Source: Candidatus Limnocylindria bacterium
Lineage (GTDB): Bacteria > Chloroflexota > Limnocylindria > P2-11E
Assembly (NCBI GenBank): GCA_035651155.1
Contig: DASRGG010000005.1
Location: 74,503 to 138,502 of the forward strand
Length of the DNA: 64,000 bases
Direction: 5' to 3'
Within the stretch, counting starts at the first letter, position 1; each line of letters opens with the position of its first letter. The translations under genes and the position numbers were made by a program. Under the pieces are notes generated by a model, which saw only the letters and a list, made by a program, of their open reading frames with translations, ran no database searches and was not told the origin of the DNA. Positions 1 to 9,221 of this stretch are shown here, one piece after another.

Positions 1-263
1 GATAGAGCCTCAGCCACAGAAATGCCCCGACGCGGGCGACGACGAGCACCGGAAGCGCCCAAAGGTAGACGCGCAGGTATGCGTCGAACGTCGGCGAAGG
101 CGCGTCGAAGCGCAGCGCCAGAGCGAGCAGGAACGAGAGCGCGGTGGATGCAACGTCGAGCACCACGAGGTGGCGGCCGCGGAGCGTCAGCGCTCGCACG
201 CCCGCCCGTCGTGCGTCCGCGAATCCGGGACGCTTCATCGTGTGGCGAGGATAGTGCCGACCG

Positions 264-2342
264 TCACTTGTAGTCCTGCTGCAGCTGCAGCGCGGCCTTG
301 TTCTGCGGATCGATGGCGAGTGCGGCGGCGATCTCCGCGCGCGCCTCGTCGTCGCGCTTCTCGGCGTGCAGCACCTGCGCGAGCAACAGGTGGAGCTGCA
401 GCGACGCGGGCGGCTTGATGAGCGTCAGGCCATTCCGGACCATGTCCTCCGCCTGCTTCAGCTTGCCGACGCGGATGTCGGCGAGGACCGCCGCCTCATA
501 CACAGAGGGCTCCGTTGGCTGCAGCTCGACGGCGAGGTGGCCTTCGCGCGATGCGCGCTCGGCGTCCCCCAAGAGGAGTGCCACGCGCGCGGACAGGTCG
601 CGACTCTGCTGATCCCACGGGTCGGCGGCGGTGGCCTTCTCGAGCGCGACGGACGCGCCATGCACGTCCTGCACGAAGAGGCGCATGAGCGCGAGGTTCG
701 ACCAGAAGATCGGCTGCGACGGCTTCAGGCGCGCGGCCTCCGCGAATGCAGCCGACGCCTGCACGACCTTGTCGGACGCGTTCAGAGCGGTCCCGAGGCC
801 GCTCCAGTACTCCGCCCGCCGTGGATCCGTCTCCACGGCGCCGATCGCCTCAGGCACGGCCTGGGTGCCACGACTATTCGCGACGAGGCTCTCGCTGCGT
901 CCGAAGCGGTCCGATGCGATGACCCGGTCGTTCGCGGCCGCGGTAGCGGCGACGGCGGCAGCGAGCGCGAGGGCGCCGACGGCGGCGACGGCCCATCGCG
1001 GGTACGGCGCCCGCGCGCGCGCGGCAACGCGGCGGCCGGACGCCTCCGCGATCACCCCGAAGCACAGCCAGGGGATCCAGTCCGTACCGATGTCATTGAT
1101 GGTGACCAGTCCCTGACCGAAATACGCCGCGAGGGGCACGAGCGCGATTGCGGCTGGATGGCCCTGTCGCGCGAGCCGCACCGCCGCTACGACCGCGATC
1201 ACCAGGAGCGCGACGAACGCGGTCGTGCCGATGAGGCCGGCGCTCGTCGCGATGTGGAGAAGCCAGTTATGCGTCGAGTTCTGCAGCTCCGCAGGGTTCA
1301 GGAAGACCGAGCGCTCTGCGCGGAACGCGGGATAGCCGATGCCGAAATTGTCCGGGCCCAGTCCGAGCAGTGGCCGCTGAAGGATGAGCCGCACGGATGT
1401 GCCCCAGATCTCGAGGCGCGATTGCGCAGATCGATCGTTCAACAATGTCCCGAGATCGAGGAAACGGGATCCGAGCGGTGTCGCGACGAGGCCGACCACG
1501 CCAAGGAAGGCAGCGCCGACGAGCGCGACGAGCGACTCGCGACGCCGCGCGTCGGGCGCAAGCAGCACGAGCAGCACGACGGCAAGCCAGCCGAACGCGA
1601 GCCCGAGGTAGGCGCCCCGGACATTCGTGAGGATGACCGCGACGAAGAGCGCAAAGGTAACGAGGCCGAGCGCGATGCGCGCCGCGCGGCGGTCGACACG
1701 GATCGCGGCCGCGAACGCGGCGGTGCCGGCGATCGCGGCGTACGTACCCGATACCTCAGGCTGACCGAACGACCCGGGTGGCCGGATGTCCCGTCCTTCC
1801 AAATACGTGACCGGATCCAGACCAAGCTTCTGAACGAACATGTACGTCGCGACAACGCCGGCGGTCGCGAGCGTGACGATGGCGAGCCGCGTGAGGTCTC
1901 TCGCGGTCGGGAGGAGCACGAGGGCCGCGCAGTAGAGCACGGCGTTATCGAGCATCTGGTCGAGCCCGAGGTAGCGGCGCCAGATGCCGAAGAACGCGGT
2001 CTCCTGATCGAGCGCGAGCAGCGCCGCCGCGGCGTACGCGAGGAGCACGGCACCCAGAGCGATGTGCGCGGGGCTCCACACGATGAGTCGGCGGCCGTGG
2101 AGGACGACGAGCGCGACGAGGAGCACCGCGAGCACCAGGCCTGTCACGTGCGCGACGGCGCTCTTCGGCAGCGCGAACGCGTCGATGATCTGGGGATCGA
2201 ACACCAGCACGACGAGGACGACCTTGAGCGCGAGTACCGCCTGCGCTGCGAGGAACAAGGGATCGCGAGCCACGGTATCGACGAACGCGGCTTCGGCTAT
2301 CGGGTCGTTATCAGGTGATTGAGCGCGTCGACGACGTGCCAC
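264..2342 (-). CDS. O-antigen ligase (Wzy_C/WaaL-like) polytopic membrane protein with C-terminal TPR repeat domain
   Basis: 692 aa with about 10 predicted TM helices. Contains a motif typical of O-antigen ligase/polymerase domains (NSTHNWLLHIATSAGLIGTTAFVALLV). The C-terminal 200 aa is made of TPR-like helical repeats (AEYWSGLGTALN..., ...ALAIDPQNKAALQL). Confidence 0.6.
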   Translation of the reverse strand: MARRRRAQSPDNDPIAEAAFVDTVARDPLFLAAQAVLALKVVLVVLVFDPQIIDAFALPKSAVAHVTGLVLAVLLVALVVLHGRRLIVWSPAHIALGAVLLAYAAAALLALDQETAFFGIWRRYLGLDQMLDNAVLYCAALVLLPTARDLTRLAIVTLATAGVVATYMFVQKLGLDPVTYLEGRDIRPPGSFGQPEVSGTYAAIAGTAAFAAAIRVDRRAARIALGLVTFALFVAVILTNVRGAYLGLAFGWLAVVLLVLLAPDARRRESLVALVGAAFLGVVGLVATPLGSRFLDLGTLLNDRSAQSRLEIWGTSVRLILQRPLLGLGPDNFGIGYPAFRAERSVFLNPAELQNSTHNWLLHIATSAGLIGTTAFVALLVIAVVAAVRLARQGHPAAIALVPLAAYFGQGLVTINDIGTDWIPWLCFGVIAEASGRRVAARARAPYPRWAVAAVGALALAAAVAATAAANDRVIASDRFGRSESLVANSRGTQAVPEAIGAVETDPRRAEYWSGLGTALNASDKVVQASAAFAEAARLKPSQPIFWSNLALMRLFVQDVHGASVALEKATAADPWDQQSRDLSARVALLLGDAERASREGHLAVELQPTEPSVYEAAVLADIRVGKLKQAEDMVRNGLTLIKPPASLQLHLLLAQVLHAEKRDDEARAEIAAALAIDPQNKAALQLQQDYK

Positions 2343-2421
2343 GCCGGCACCTTACCTCTTCTAGACATGGGACCGGGGCCCTTGCGGGCCCCGGTCCCCA
2401 GATCGCTACGCGAGATTCTCG

Positions 2422-4560
2422 CTACGGAAGCGAGGTCTGGACCGAGATGTTGCAGGTGCCGTTCGCTACGAGCAGCGGCAGCGTCGGGCTCGAGCCCGAG
2501 GTGATCACTGGACCGTAGTTGTCGGTACCTGCGGTGGTGGTCGAGCGGACCGTGTAGGTCGTCGAGCCACCGCTCGTGGTCTGCGGGTTGGTGGTCAGCA
2601 GCGTCGTCGACGTGCCCGAGTTACGGGAGAACGTGACCGAGTAGCTGCCGGACGACACGGTGTTGCCGAGCTGGTCACGGACCCTGACCGTCGCAACCGA
2701 CGTCGACGAACCGTCATTGACGATCGCGATCGGCGAGAACGAGCAGGTCAGGTGGTCCGCGCCGCCAGCGGTCCACGTCATCGTGGTCGTCACGCTGGTC
2801 AGGCTCGGCGAGGAGAACGTCACGGAGCAGGCGCTGTAGGCGCCGGCGCTCCTGAACGCGAAGGTCGCGCGGCCCGAGGACGCCGTGTCCGTGGTGCTGG
2901 CAACCGCAGCCGCGCCGCCGCCAGCGCCGATGCACGTGTTCGGGTCAAGGGTCGCGGTGACCACGACCGAGCCGGTCGGCCCGGTGACCCGCAGGCCGTT
3001 CACGTCCTGAACGAGGACGCGGACGATGATGCAGGCGGAGTCAGTGATCGTGCCCGCGGCGTAGTTCGCCTTGGTGCACGTGCCGTTCGCCGCCGCAGCC
3101 GGCTTCGGCGACGAGTTGTCCGCGACCGCGAGCTTGTTCGGCGCGCCGACGATCTGCGTCGTCAGCGTGGCCGACGTGCCCGCGATGGACGTGTCGTTCG
3201 TCGTGATCGCGATGATGCAGCTGCCAGGCGTGCTCGTCGACGTGAGCGTGAACGAGACCACGCCGCCCGCAGCGGTGGCCGAGCCACTACCGGCGGAAAC
3301 GCTGAAGCCGGTGCCGGTCGAGCCAGCGCTCAGGGTGCAGACGCTCGCGGAGCTGGAGTCACGCGTCGCGGTGATGACGGTCGAGTTGTCGCTGATCACG
3401 GTGTTGCCGTTGGCGTCCTGGATGGAGACCGTGAGCGCCGACGTCGACGCGGTGTCGGCCGCGATCGGGTTACGGCTCAGGCTGGCACCCGTCTTGGTGG
3501 CCGTGCCCGGGGCCGAGGTCGGAACGATCGCGTTGCAGCCGGTGACGCCCGTGCCGGAGACCGACACCTGCGCGCTACCGGTGTTCGTCGTCGTCGTGGC
3601 GGTCACCGAGGCGACGCCGGCCGACGGCGAGATCGTCTGCGGAGACCCACCGTTCAGCGTGATGAGGGTGGGCGTGTTGTTCGTGAACGTCAGGGCCGGC
3701 GAGCTCGCGTTCGTAACGGTGTTGCCGTTCGCGTCCTTGAGCGTCGCCGTGAACACGATCGTGTTGCTGCCGTTCGCGATGGTCGAGGTCGGGTTGGCGG
3801 AGCAGCTGACCTGCGTCGCCGGGCCGAAGACGCTGACCGGCGCGGAGCCGGTGAGGCCGTCAGAGCTCGTCGCGATGACGGTGCAGGGCTGCGTGGCCGA
3901 GTTCGTCGCCGTGGCGGCGAAGAGGCCCGCCGAGGTGATCGCGCCGCAGCCACCGGTGACCGACCAGCTGATGGTCGCGCCGGTGCCTGCGCCGCTCGCG
4001 GTGAACTGCTGGGTGCCGCCGACGGCCAGCGAGGCCGAGGCCGGCGAGAGGGTCAGGCCACCAGTCGTCGAGCCAGGGGTGGTGTTGACCTGGAAGTACC
4101 CCTGGGGACGGAGCATGAGGCCGCTCGCGATGAGTCCGACGTCACCGTTGAAGGTGGCGGCGGTGCCCGCCGGGGTGCCCGCCGGAACGGTGAAGTTGTA
4201 GATGAAGAAACCGTTCTGGCCCGGGGCAACAGCGGCGGAAACGGTCGCGTACACCGTGCTCGAGAACCATCCCGAGGCGTACGCGGCGTTCGGCGACGCG
4301 ACGTTGCACGTCACCTTGTCGGCGGCGCACACGAGGAGCCCGACGACGCCGGGCTGCCAGGTCTGCGTGCCGTCGTTGAAGAAGATGGCCGAGAACTGAC
4401 CCGAGGCACCGGCCGGCAAGTTGGTGAAGACCGACTCACCGGAGTAGCTCGAGGAGTATCCGCCACCTGCGAGGGCATTGGCCTGGACGGACGTGCTGAA
4501 CGTCAGCAGGAGGCTGAACGCCATCACGAGCGTCAGGGCCGTGCTTGCGATCCTTCGCAT
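2422..4560 (-). CDS. Secreted protein with signal peptide and tandem Big_1 (invasin/intimin-type bacterial Ig-like) repeats
   Basis: N-terminal signal peptide MRRIASTALTLVMAFSLLLTFSTSVQA. Repeated about 90-aa units with Big_1-like signatures (TATLKDANGNTVTN, TVSIQDANGNTV, VRVLVQDVNGLRV, VRVRDQLGNTV). Thr/Ser/Gly rich. Good RBS (GGAAGG) before the ATG. Confidence 0.6.
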   Translation of the reverse strand: MRRIASTALTLVMAFSLLLTFSTSVQANALAGGGYSSSYSGESVFTNLPAGASGQFSAIFFNDGTQTWQPGVVGLLVCAADKVTCNVASPNAAYASGWFSSTVYATVSAAVAPGQNGFFIYNFTVPAGTPAGTAATFNGDVGLIASGLMLRPQGYFQVNTTPGSTTGGLTLSPASASLAVGGTQQFTASGAGTGATISWSVTGGCGAITSAGLFAATATNSATQPCTVIATSSDGLTGSAPVSVFGPATQVSCSANPTSTIANGSNTIVFTATLKDANGNTVTNASSPALTFTNNTPTLITLNGGSPQTISPSAGVASVTATTTTNTGSAQVSVSGTGVTGCNAIVPTSAPGTATKTGASLSRNPIAADTASTSALTVSIQDANGNTVISDNSTVITATRDSSSASVCTLSAGSTGTGFSVSAGSGSATAAGGVVSFTLTSTSTPGSCIIAITTNDTSIAGTSATLTTQIVGAPNKLAVADNSSPKPAAAANGTCTKANYAAGTITDSACIIVRVLVQDVNGLRVTGPTGSVVVTATLDPNTCIGAGGGAAAVASTTDTASSGRATFAFRSAGAYSACSVTFSSPSLTSVTTTMTWTAGGADHLTCSFSPIAIVNDGSSTSVATVRVRDQLGNTVSSGSYSVTFSRNSGTSTTLLTTNPQTTSGGSTTYTVRSTTTAGTDNYGPVITSGSSPTLPLLVANGTCNISVQTSLP

Positions 4561-4865
4561 GTGAACCTTCCTTCTAGAGATTTGATTCGCCTACTTGGTC
4601 GCGATGCGCACGAGGTGATCGCGCGGATGAGTCCTTGTTCCGATGAGCGTGTCCCCCGGTGCTCAGTCACCTCCTTCGATCGAGGTTTTGGCCCCGGAGG
4701 CAACTTCCCGGGGACCTTCGCCAATCGGACGCGGGGACAGAGACGAGGCGGCCAGCCGCGGAACGGCTGCCACCAGGCCGGGTTGTACCAGAAGCGGCCA
4801 AAAGCCGCCAGCCGGCCTCTCCGGCCCGTTGCCATCAAGACGCACAGGTGAACGGGTTTGTCGCA

Positions 4866-7289
4866 TCACGACCGGCCTCCCGGGAGCGTGACGTAGAAGC
4901 CCTCGCGGCCACCCTGCCACGCGCGGCCCAAGAGATCGAACATCGGTTCGGATGCATCTGCTGGCTCGATGTGCGCGACGCCTCCGGGCTGCGCGAGGCC
5001 GTAGGCGAGCACCCCGCCAGCCCGGCTGACGTAGTAGACGAACCCGTTCTGGTCCATCGCGAAGCTCGTGATCGCGCGGCCGACGAGGCCAGCCGTCACG
5101 CTGAGGCCGCCCGTCTGAGCGGGGCGCAATGAGAACGTCTGGCCCGTGTCGGTCCCGACCCAAACCGTGCCCTGGCGGTCGACGGACAGGGCGGTGATCG
5201 AGCCGCCATGTGCGAGCGAGTACTCCGTGGTCTTCGCCGTCAGCGGGTCGTAGACGTCGATCGCCTGACGGTCACCGCCGGCGGTCCAGATGCGCCCGAG
5301 CGGATCGGACGCCACCGCCGCGAGTCCCAGGCCGACCGGGATGCGCTGGACCTGTCCGGTGCGCGGGTCGTAGCTCACGAGGCCGTCCGCGCCGGTCGCG
5401 AGCCAGAGCCGCTCGTCGGGGGAGGCCGTGATCGCCGACGCGTTCGTCGCGTAGGCCAGCGGGATCTTCACGTACTGCAACGTGCTGACCGTGAGCGCGT
5501 AGACCATGCTCGACGGACCGTCGACGAAGTACACGTGGTTCCGGCTGGCCGCCATGCTCGTGATCGTCGCGCCGGCGGGAAGCACCGCGAGCTGCAGCAG
5601 ATCGCCGTTCTGCATGTGCAGCGCGTTGACGCGGTTCGCGTTGTCGAGATACCAGATGCGCGTCCCGTCGCTCGCGACGCGCGTCGGTCGCTGCGACGGG
5701 GAGACGCTCACGAAGTAGGTGCCCGGCCACAGCGGCCGCGCGTTCAGCGGCACGAGGTCATCCTTCTCTTGGGGCGCGACCACGACCGCCGGCTGCGTCG
5801 CCGCGGGCGTCGGTGTCGCGGATGGACCAGGCGTCGTGATCGCGGTCGGCAGCGGTGTGGCTGTCGACGCCGGGTTTGGCGATGTCGCGGCGGCCGTCGT
5901 GAGCGAGGACGGCAACGGAACGTCCTTCACGTCGTTCGCGCCGATCACGGCGAACTTGCGCTCCGACGCGTCGTACGCGAGATCGCGGGCGTTCGCCGGC
6001 GCGTCGATGGTCGCCGCGGGGAGCCCATCTGACGTGAGGATCGTGATGACTCCCCTCCCGGCGAAGTCCGCCAGCACGGCGAACTGGCCGCCCGGGAGCG
6101 CCGCGACCGCGCGCGGCGTTCCGCCGATCGCGAGGCTGGCACCACCACGGCCGAAGGTGATCGTCGCGCCCGCGGCGCCGTTCGAGAGCACCACGTAGTT
6201 GTCGCCACCGATCGCGAACGCGGCGGCGACACCGCCGGGCGCGCTCGCGAGCGGTGCGTAGGTCGCGGCGTCCGCGAGGATGGACGACTTCGCGGAGACG
6301 AGGAGCGCACGCCGGCCGTTCGGCTCGATGACGATGATCTGCGGCGCGACGTCCACCTGGTGGACCGACTCGACCTGCTTGGTGCCGCCGTCGATCGTGG
6401 AGATGACGCCCGTGCCGGACGAGGCCGCGCCGGGCGTCGCGCTCGGACCGGGTCCGACGACCGAGGTCACGACGAGGTTGCCCTTGCCGTCGACCTGAAG
6501 GCTCGTCGGCGTGCCGGGAACGCTCACCGCGGTCGCGGCGGTGATCGCCATGCTCGAGCCGTCGATCTCGGTGACCGTCTTCGCCGTCGAGTCGAGCACG
6601 ATGACGGTGTTCGTCGTGAGGTTGATGGCGAGCGCGGTCGGCCGGCCGCCCACGTGGACGATCGCCTTCTGCGCGAGCGTCGTCAGGTCGAGCGCGGCGA
6701 CCGTCGCCTGATCGGGCTTCAGCACGTAGAGGGTGTTCGTGTACGGGTTGCGCACCGACTGCTGCGCGGCCGCCACGAGCGGCGTGTTCGGCGTTGCGGT
6801 CACCGTCGGCCCACCCTGCGGCAGGCTCAGGACGAGGATGAGCGAGATGGCCGTGACGACGGCGAGGGTCGGGAGCGGCCACGCGCTCACGAGGCGCGGC
6901 ACGCGCACGGTGCGCTCGCGGCCGAGGGCACCGATCGCGGCGTCGACGCGAGCCGACGGGATCGCCACGGGCATCGCCGCGAGCGTCCGGTCCACGGCGG
7001 ACCAGTCGCGGACGGCGGCGCGGCAGTCGCCGCACACGGCAAGGTGCGCGGAGGCCATCGCGGCCTCCTCCGGGCCGAGCTCCCGGTCGATGTTCGCGGA
7101 GAGAAATGCCTCTGCCGCGCCGCAGGAGAGCGCGGGCGAGGCGGCGACGTCCTCGTCGACGGCCGCAAAGAGGCGCAGCGCGCCCGCGCAGGAGGCGCAT
7201 TCGCCGAGGTGGGCCGCGGCGGAGGTGGCGTCGGAAGGCGTGAGCTCGCCGTCGAGGTAGGCGGACAGGAGGTCGTCGCTGAGGTGCAT
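4866..7289 (-). CDS. Anti-sigma factor: two tandem zinc-finger (ZAS, HxxxCxxC) motifs, one TM helix, extracytoplasmic beta-propeller domain
   Basis: The N-terminus carries LSAYLDGELTPSDATSAAAHLGECASC and a second copy LSANIDRELGPEEAAMASAHLAVCGDC, giving two HxxxCxxC motifs. TM segment WPLPTLAVVTAISLILVLSL. The C-terminal half has repeated YVTN/Vgb-lyase-like blades (LWLATGADGLVSYDPRTG, RIWTAGGDRQAIDVYDP, TVWVGTDTGQTFSL). Confidence 0.65.
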   Translation of the reverse strand: MHLSDDLLSAYLDGELTPSDATSAAAHLGECASCAGALRLFAAVDEDVAASPALSCGAAEAFLSANIDRELGPEEAAMASAHLAVCGDCRAAVRDWSAVDRTLAAMPVAIPSARVDAAIGALGRERTVRVPRLVSAWPLPTLAVVTAISLILVLSLPQGGPTVTATPNTPLVAAAQQSVRNPYTNTLYVLKPDQATVAALDLTTLAQKAIVHVGGRPTALAINLTTNTVIVLDSTAKTVTEIDGSSMAITAATAVSVPGTPTSLQVDGKGNLVVTSVVGPGPSATPGAASSGTGVISTIDGGTKQVESVHQVDVAPQIIVIEPNGRRALLVSAKSSILADAATYAPLASAPGGVAAAFAIGGDNYVVLSNGAAGATITFGRGGASLAIGGTPRAVAALPGGQFAVLADFAGRGVITILTSDGLPAATIDAPANARDLAYDASERKFAVIGANDVKDVPLPSSLTTAAATSPNPASTATPLPTAITTPGPSATPTPAATQPAVVVAPQEKDDLVPLNARPLWPGTYFVSVSPSQRPTRVASDGTRIWYLDNANRVNALHMQNGDLLQLAVLPAGATITSMAASRNHVYFVDGPSSMVYALTVSTLQYVKIPLAYATNASAITASPDERLWLATGADGLVSYDPRTGQVQRIPVGLGLAAVASDPLGRIWTAGGDRQAIDVYDPLTAKTTEYSLAHGGSITALSVDRQGTVWVGTDTGQTFSLRPAQTGGLSVTAGLVGRAITSFAMDQNGFVYYVSRAGGVLAYGLAQPGGVAHIEPADASEPMFDLLGRAWQGGREGFYVTLPGGRS

Positions 7290-7541
7290 GCCCTCCTATG
7301 ACGAGCGGGGCGGCGCCGTTGTCGCGCTCTCAGGCCACAGGCCCGTGAGGACCGTAGGGCGCCCGGGCGGCTCTCAGGGCGTCTTCAGGCCGCTTATGGC
7401 CTTGGGGTACAGGCCAGGCTGGACCCATCGGGCTTTCCCGGGGTGTACGCGGCCTCTGAACGCTGCACGGGCGCGCGATCGGGCTTCGGACGACTACCGC
7501 ACGGCGCCCCGGGGTCAGCCGTCGCGTGACAGACTGAACGC

Positions 7542-7892
7542 ATGATCGAGCAGGAGCAGCGGGCGCGTGAGATCCGCCGAGCGCGGCTCGAGGCGGCGCT
7601 TCCGAGCATGGTCGAGAGGCTGAAGCGGCTCGGCGCGCGACGGGTGATCCTGTTCGGCTCGCTGGCGCGTGGCGACGTCGGCAAGCGCAGCGACCTGGAC
7701 CTCATCGTGGTGCTCGACGCCGCACCGCCCCGCTTCCTCGACCGGCTCGCGCTCGTCGACGAGGCGCTGCGGGAGCGGGACGTTCCGCTCGACGTGCTCG
7801 TGTACACGACCTCGGAGCTGGCGGAGCTCTCGCGCACGCGTCCGTTCCTGCGTCGCGCGCTGCGCGAAGGACGCGTCCTGTATGAAGCCTGA
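7542..7892 (+). CDS. Minimal nucleotidyltransferase (MNT/MntA-like, Pol-beta superfamily), antitoxin of a HEPN/MNT module
   Basis: 116 aa with the motif GSLARGDVGKRSDLDLIVVLD (GS...D.D). Overlaps the downstream HEPN ORF by 11 nt. Confidence 0.7.
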   Translation: MIEQEQRAREIRRARLEAALPSMVERLKRLGARRVILFGSLARGDVGKRSDLDLIVVLDAAPPRFLDRLALVDEALRERDVPLDVLVYTTSELAELSRTRPFLRRALREGRVLYEA

Positions 7893-8109
7893 GGCGTCGG
7901 CCGAGGCCGGACGCTGGCTCGCGCAGGCCGAGCGCGACCTCGCCGCGGCACGCGATCTCGAGCGGGCGGGCCACTTCAACGTCGCGTGCTTTCAGGCACA
8001 GCAGGCAGCGGAGAAGGCGGCGACTCACCCAGACGGTGCGCGACGCCGGTCATCAACGGGGACGATCTCGCTGACCTGGCGGACTCGACTGAGGGCAGGG
8101 AGGCTCTAA
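7882..8109 (+). pseudogene. HEPN-domain fragment (N-terminal about 47 aa HEPN-like, C-terminus degenerate or truncated)
   Basis: MKPEASAEAGRWLAQAERDLAAARDLERAGHFNVACFQAQQAAEKA matches the HEPN N-terminal helix pair. Downstream sequence (ATHPDGARRRSS...) does not continue a HEPN fold in any frame, and the C-terminal Rx4-6H motif region is absent. The ORF ends 3 nt inside the convergent sigma-factor gene. Confidence 0.45.
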
Positions 8110-8720
8110 CCCGCCGGTCCTCGAGTTCCGTAGGCCGCCTTGAAGGCGGCCCGCGCCCGGGCGATGCGGCTCCGGACCGCGGTCATGGTCACGCCCTGGA
8201 TGTCGGCGATCTCCTTGTACGAGTAGCCCTCGAGGGCGTGGAGGAGGAGCGCCACGGCGTTCTCCGGCGGAAGGGTGCGCAGCACCGCCTGGACGTGCTC
8301 GCGCTCGCCGACCTCGCCCACCGCGTCCGCGGCGTGCGGTTCGATGGGCGTGTGCTGGACCTGGGTCATGCGGATCCAGGTGAAGCGCCTGCGGCGACGG
8401 AGGTGGTCGATCGCGCAGTTGCTCGCGACGCGGTAGAGCCAGGGCAGGACCTTGGTCCCGCGCTCGAGCTTCGGCAGCGCGTGGAACGCCTTGGTGAAGA
8501 CCTCCTGCGTGACGTCGTCCGCGAGCTCGGCGTCGGAGAGGAAGCGCAGGAGGAACGTGTAGATGCGCGACTTGTACGCGCCGTAGAGCGCGTCGAGCCC
8601 GTCGCGCTGCGATTCCGCCGCGAGTGCCAGGAGCTGCGCGTCCGAGATCACCCCGTGCTCCACGACAGCGACCTTGGCCGGGTCAGCCGAACGGAGCGAC
8701 GCGAACGCGAACACCGGCAC
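8106..8720 (-). CDS. ECF-type RNA polymerase sigma-70 family sigma factor
   Basis: Region 2 (DALYGAYKSRIYTFLLRFLSDAELADDVTQEVFTKAF) and region 4 (LLHALEGYSYKEIADIQGVTMTAVRSRIARAR) are clear. Only 9 nt downstream of the preceding gene in the same orientation. Confidence 0.8.
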   Translation of the reverse strand: MPVFAFASLRSADPAKVAVVEHGVISDAQLLALAAESQRDGLDALYGAYKSRIYTFLLRFLSDAELADDVTQEVFTKAFHALPKLERGTKVLPWLYRVASNCAIDHLRRRRRFTWIRMTQVQHTPIEPHAADAVGEVGEREHVQAVLRTLPPENAVALLLHALEGYSYKEIADIQGVTMTAVRSRIARARAAFKAAYGTRGPAG

Positions 8721-8729
8721 AGGGGGACT

Positions 8730-9209
8730 TTACTGTGCGAGGACCAGGTTGAGAACCTGATCTTGCGTCGGCTGGAGGCGCTTCACGACCTCCTTGAAAC
8801 CGTCCTTGGTGAAGTGGAGGTCGTACGCGACCTGCGCCTGCGGGAAGTCGATGTAGTACACGCCGCGCGCGTCGGTGCGCGGGCTGTGCTCCTGACAGCC
8901 GTTGGGGCCGATGGCGATGCAGACGCCCGGGATCGGCGCTCCCAGCTCGTCGACGACGACACCCTCGATCCGGTACTGGGTACCGGGGTTCCGCCCGGGG
9001 GTGGCCGTCGCCGGCTTCTGCGTCGGCGGGATCGGGATGGTGTTGCCCTGCGGCGTGATCGCGATGAGCGGCGACGCGTTCGGGTCCGGGATCGCCGTGG
9101 TGTTCTCGGTCGCGCGGTATCCCCATACCAGCACGGCCGCCGCGATGAGGAGCGGGACACCGAGCGCGAGGAGCGTCCAGGTGCCCCGATCCTTCCAGTC
9201 GATCTTCAC
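8730..9209 (-). CDS. Small membrane-anchored protein with carboxypeptidase-regulatory-like (CarboxypepD_reg) beta-sandwich domain
   Basis: N-terminal TM anchor WTLLALGVPLLIAAAVLVWGY. C-terminal YRIEGVVVDELGAPIPGVCIAIG...DARGVYYIDFP resembles a CarboxypepD_reg fold. Tightly packed between the repeat protein and the sigma factor. Confidence 0.5.
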   Translation of the reverse strand: MKIDWKDRGTWTLLALGVPLLIAAAVLVWGYRATENTTAIPDPNASPLIAITPQGNTIPIPPTQKPATATPGRNPGTQYRIEGVVVDELGAPIPGVCIAIGPNGCQEHSPRTDARGVYYIDFPQAQVAYDLHFTKDGFKEVVKRLQPTQDQVLNLVLAQ

Positions 9210-9221
9210 GCGGTCTCCCTG

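Noticed and set aside
366-2318. 650-aa plus-strand ORF antisense to the O-antigen ligase gene
   Set aside because: Arg/Glu/Asp-rich, no hydrophobic core or motifs. Typical GC-rich antisense-frame artefact. The minus-strand protein is clearly real.
2752-4851. 699-aa and 376-aa plus-strand ORFs over the Big_1 protein gene
   Set aside because: Arg/Gly-rich low-complexity translations antisense to a gene with signal peptide and domain repeats.
4561-4865. 305-nt intergenic region scanned for tRNA, sRNA and an ECF-type promoter
   Set aside because: No cloverleaf or T-loop (GGTTCGA) features. A GGAAC-containing stretch has wrong spacing to a CGT -10. Only a short GCCGG/CCGGC hairpin (likely the anti-sigma terminator) and the RBS of the Big_1 gene are evident.
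5758-7301. 480-aa minus-strand and 313-aa plus-strand ORFs overlapping the anti-sigma gene
   Set aside because: Poly-Arg/Gly composition. The anti-sigma frame has ZAS motifs, TM helix and propeller repeats.
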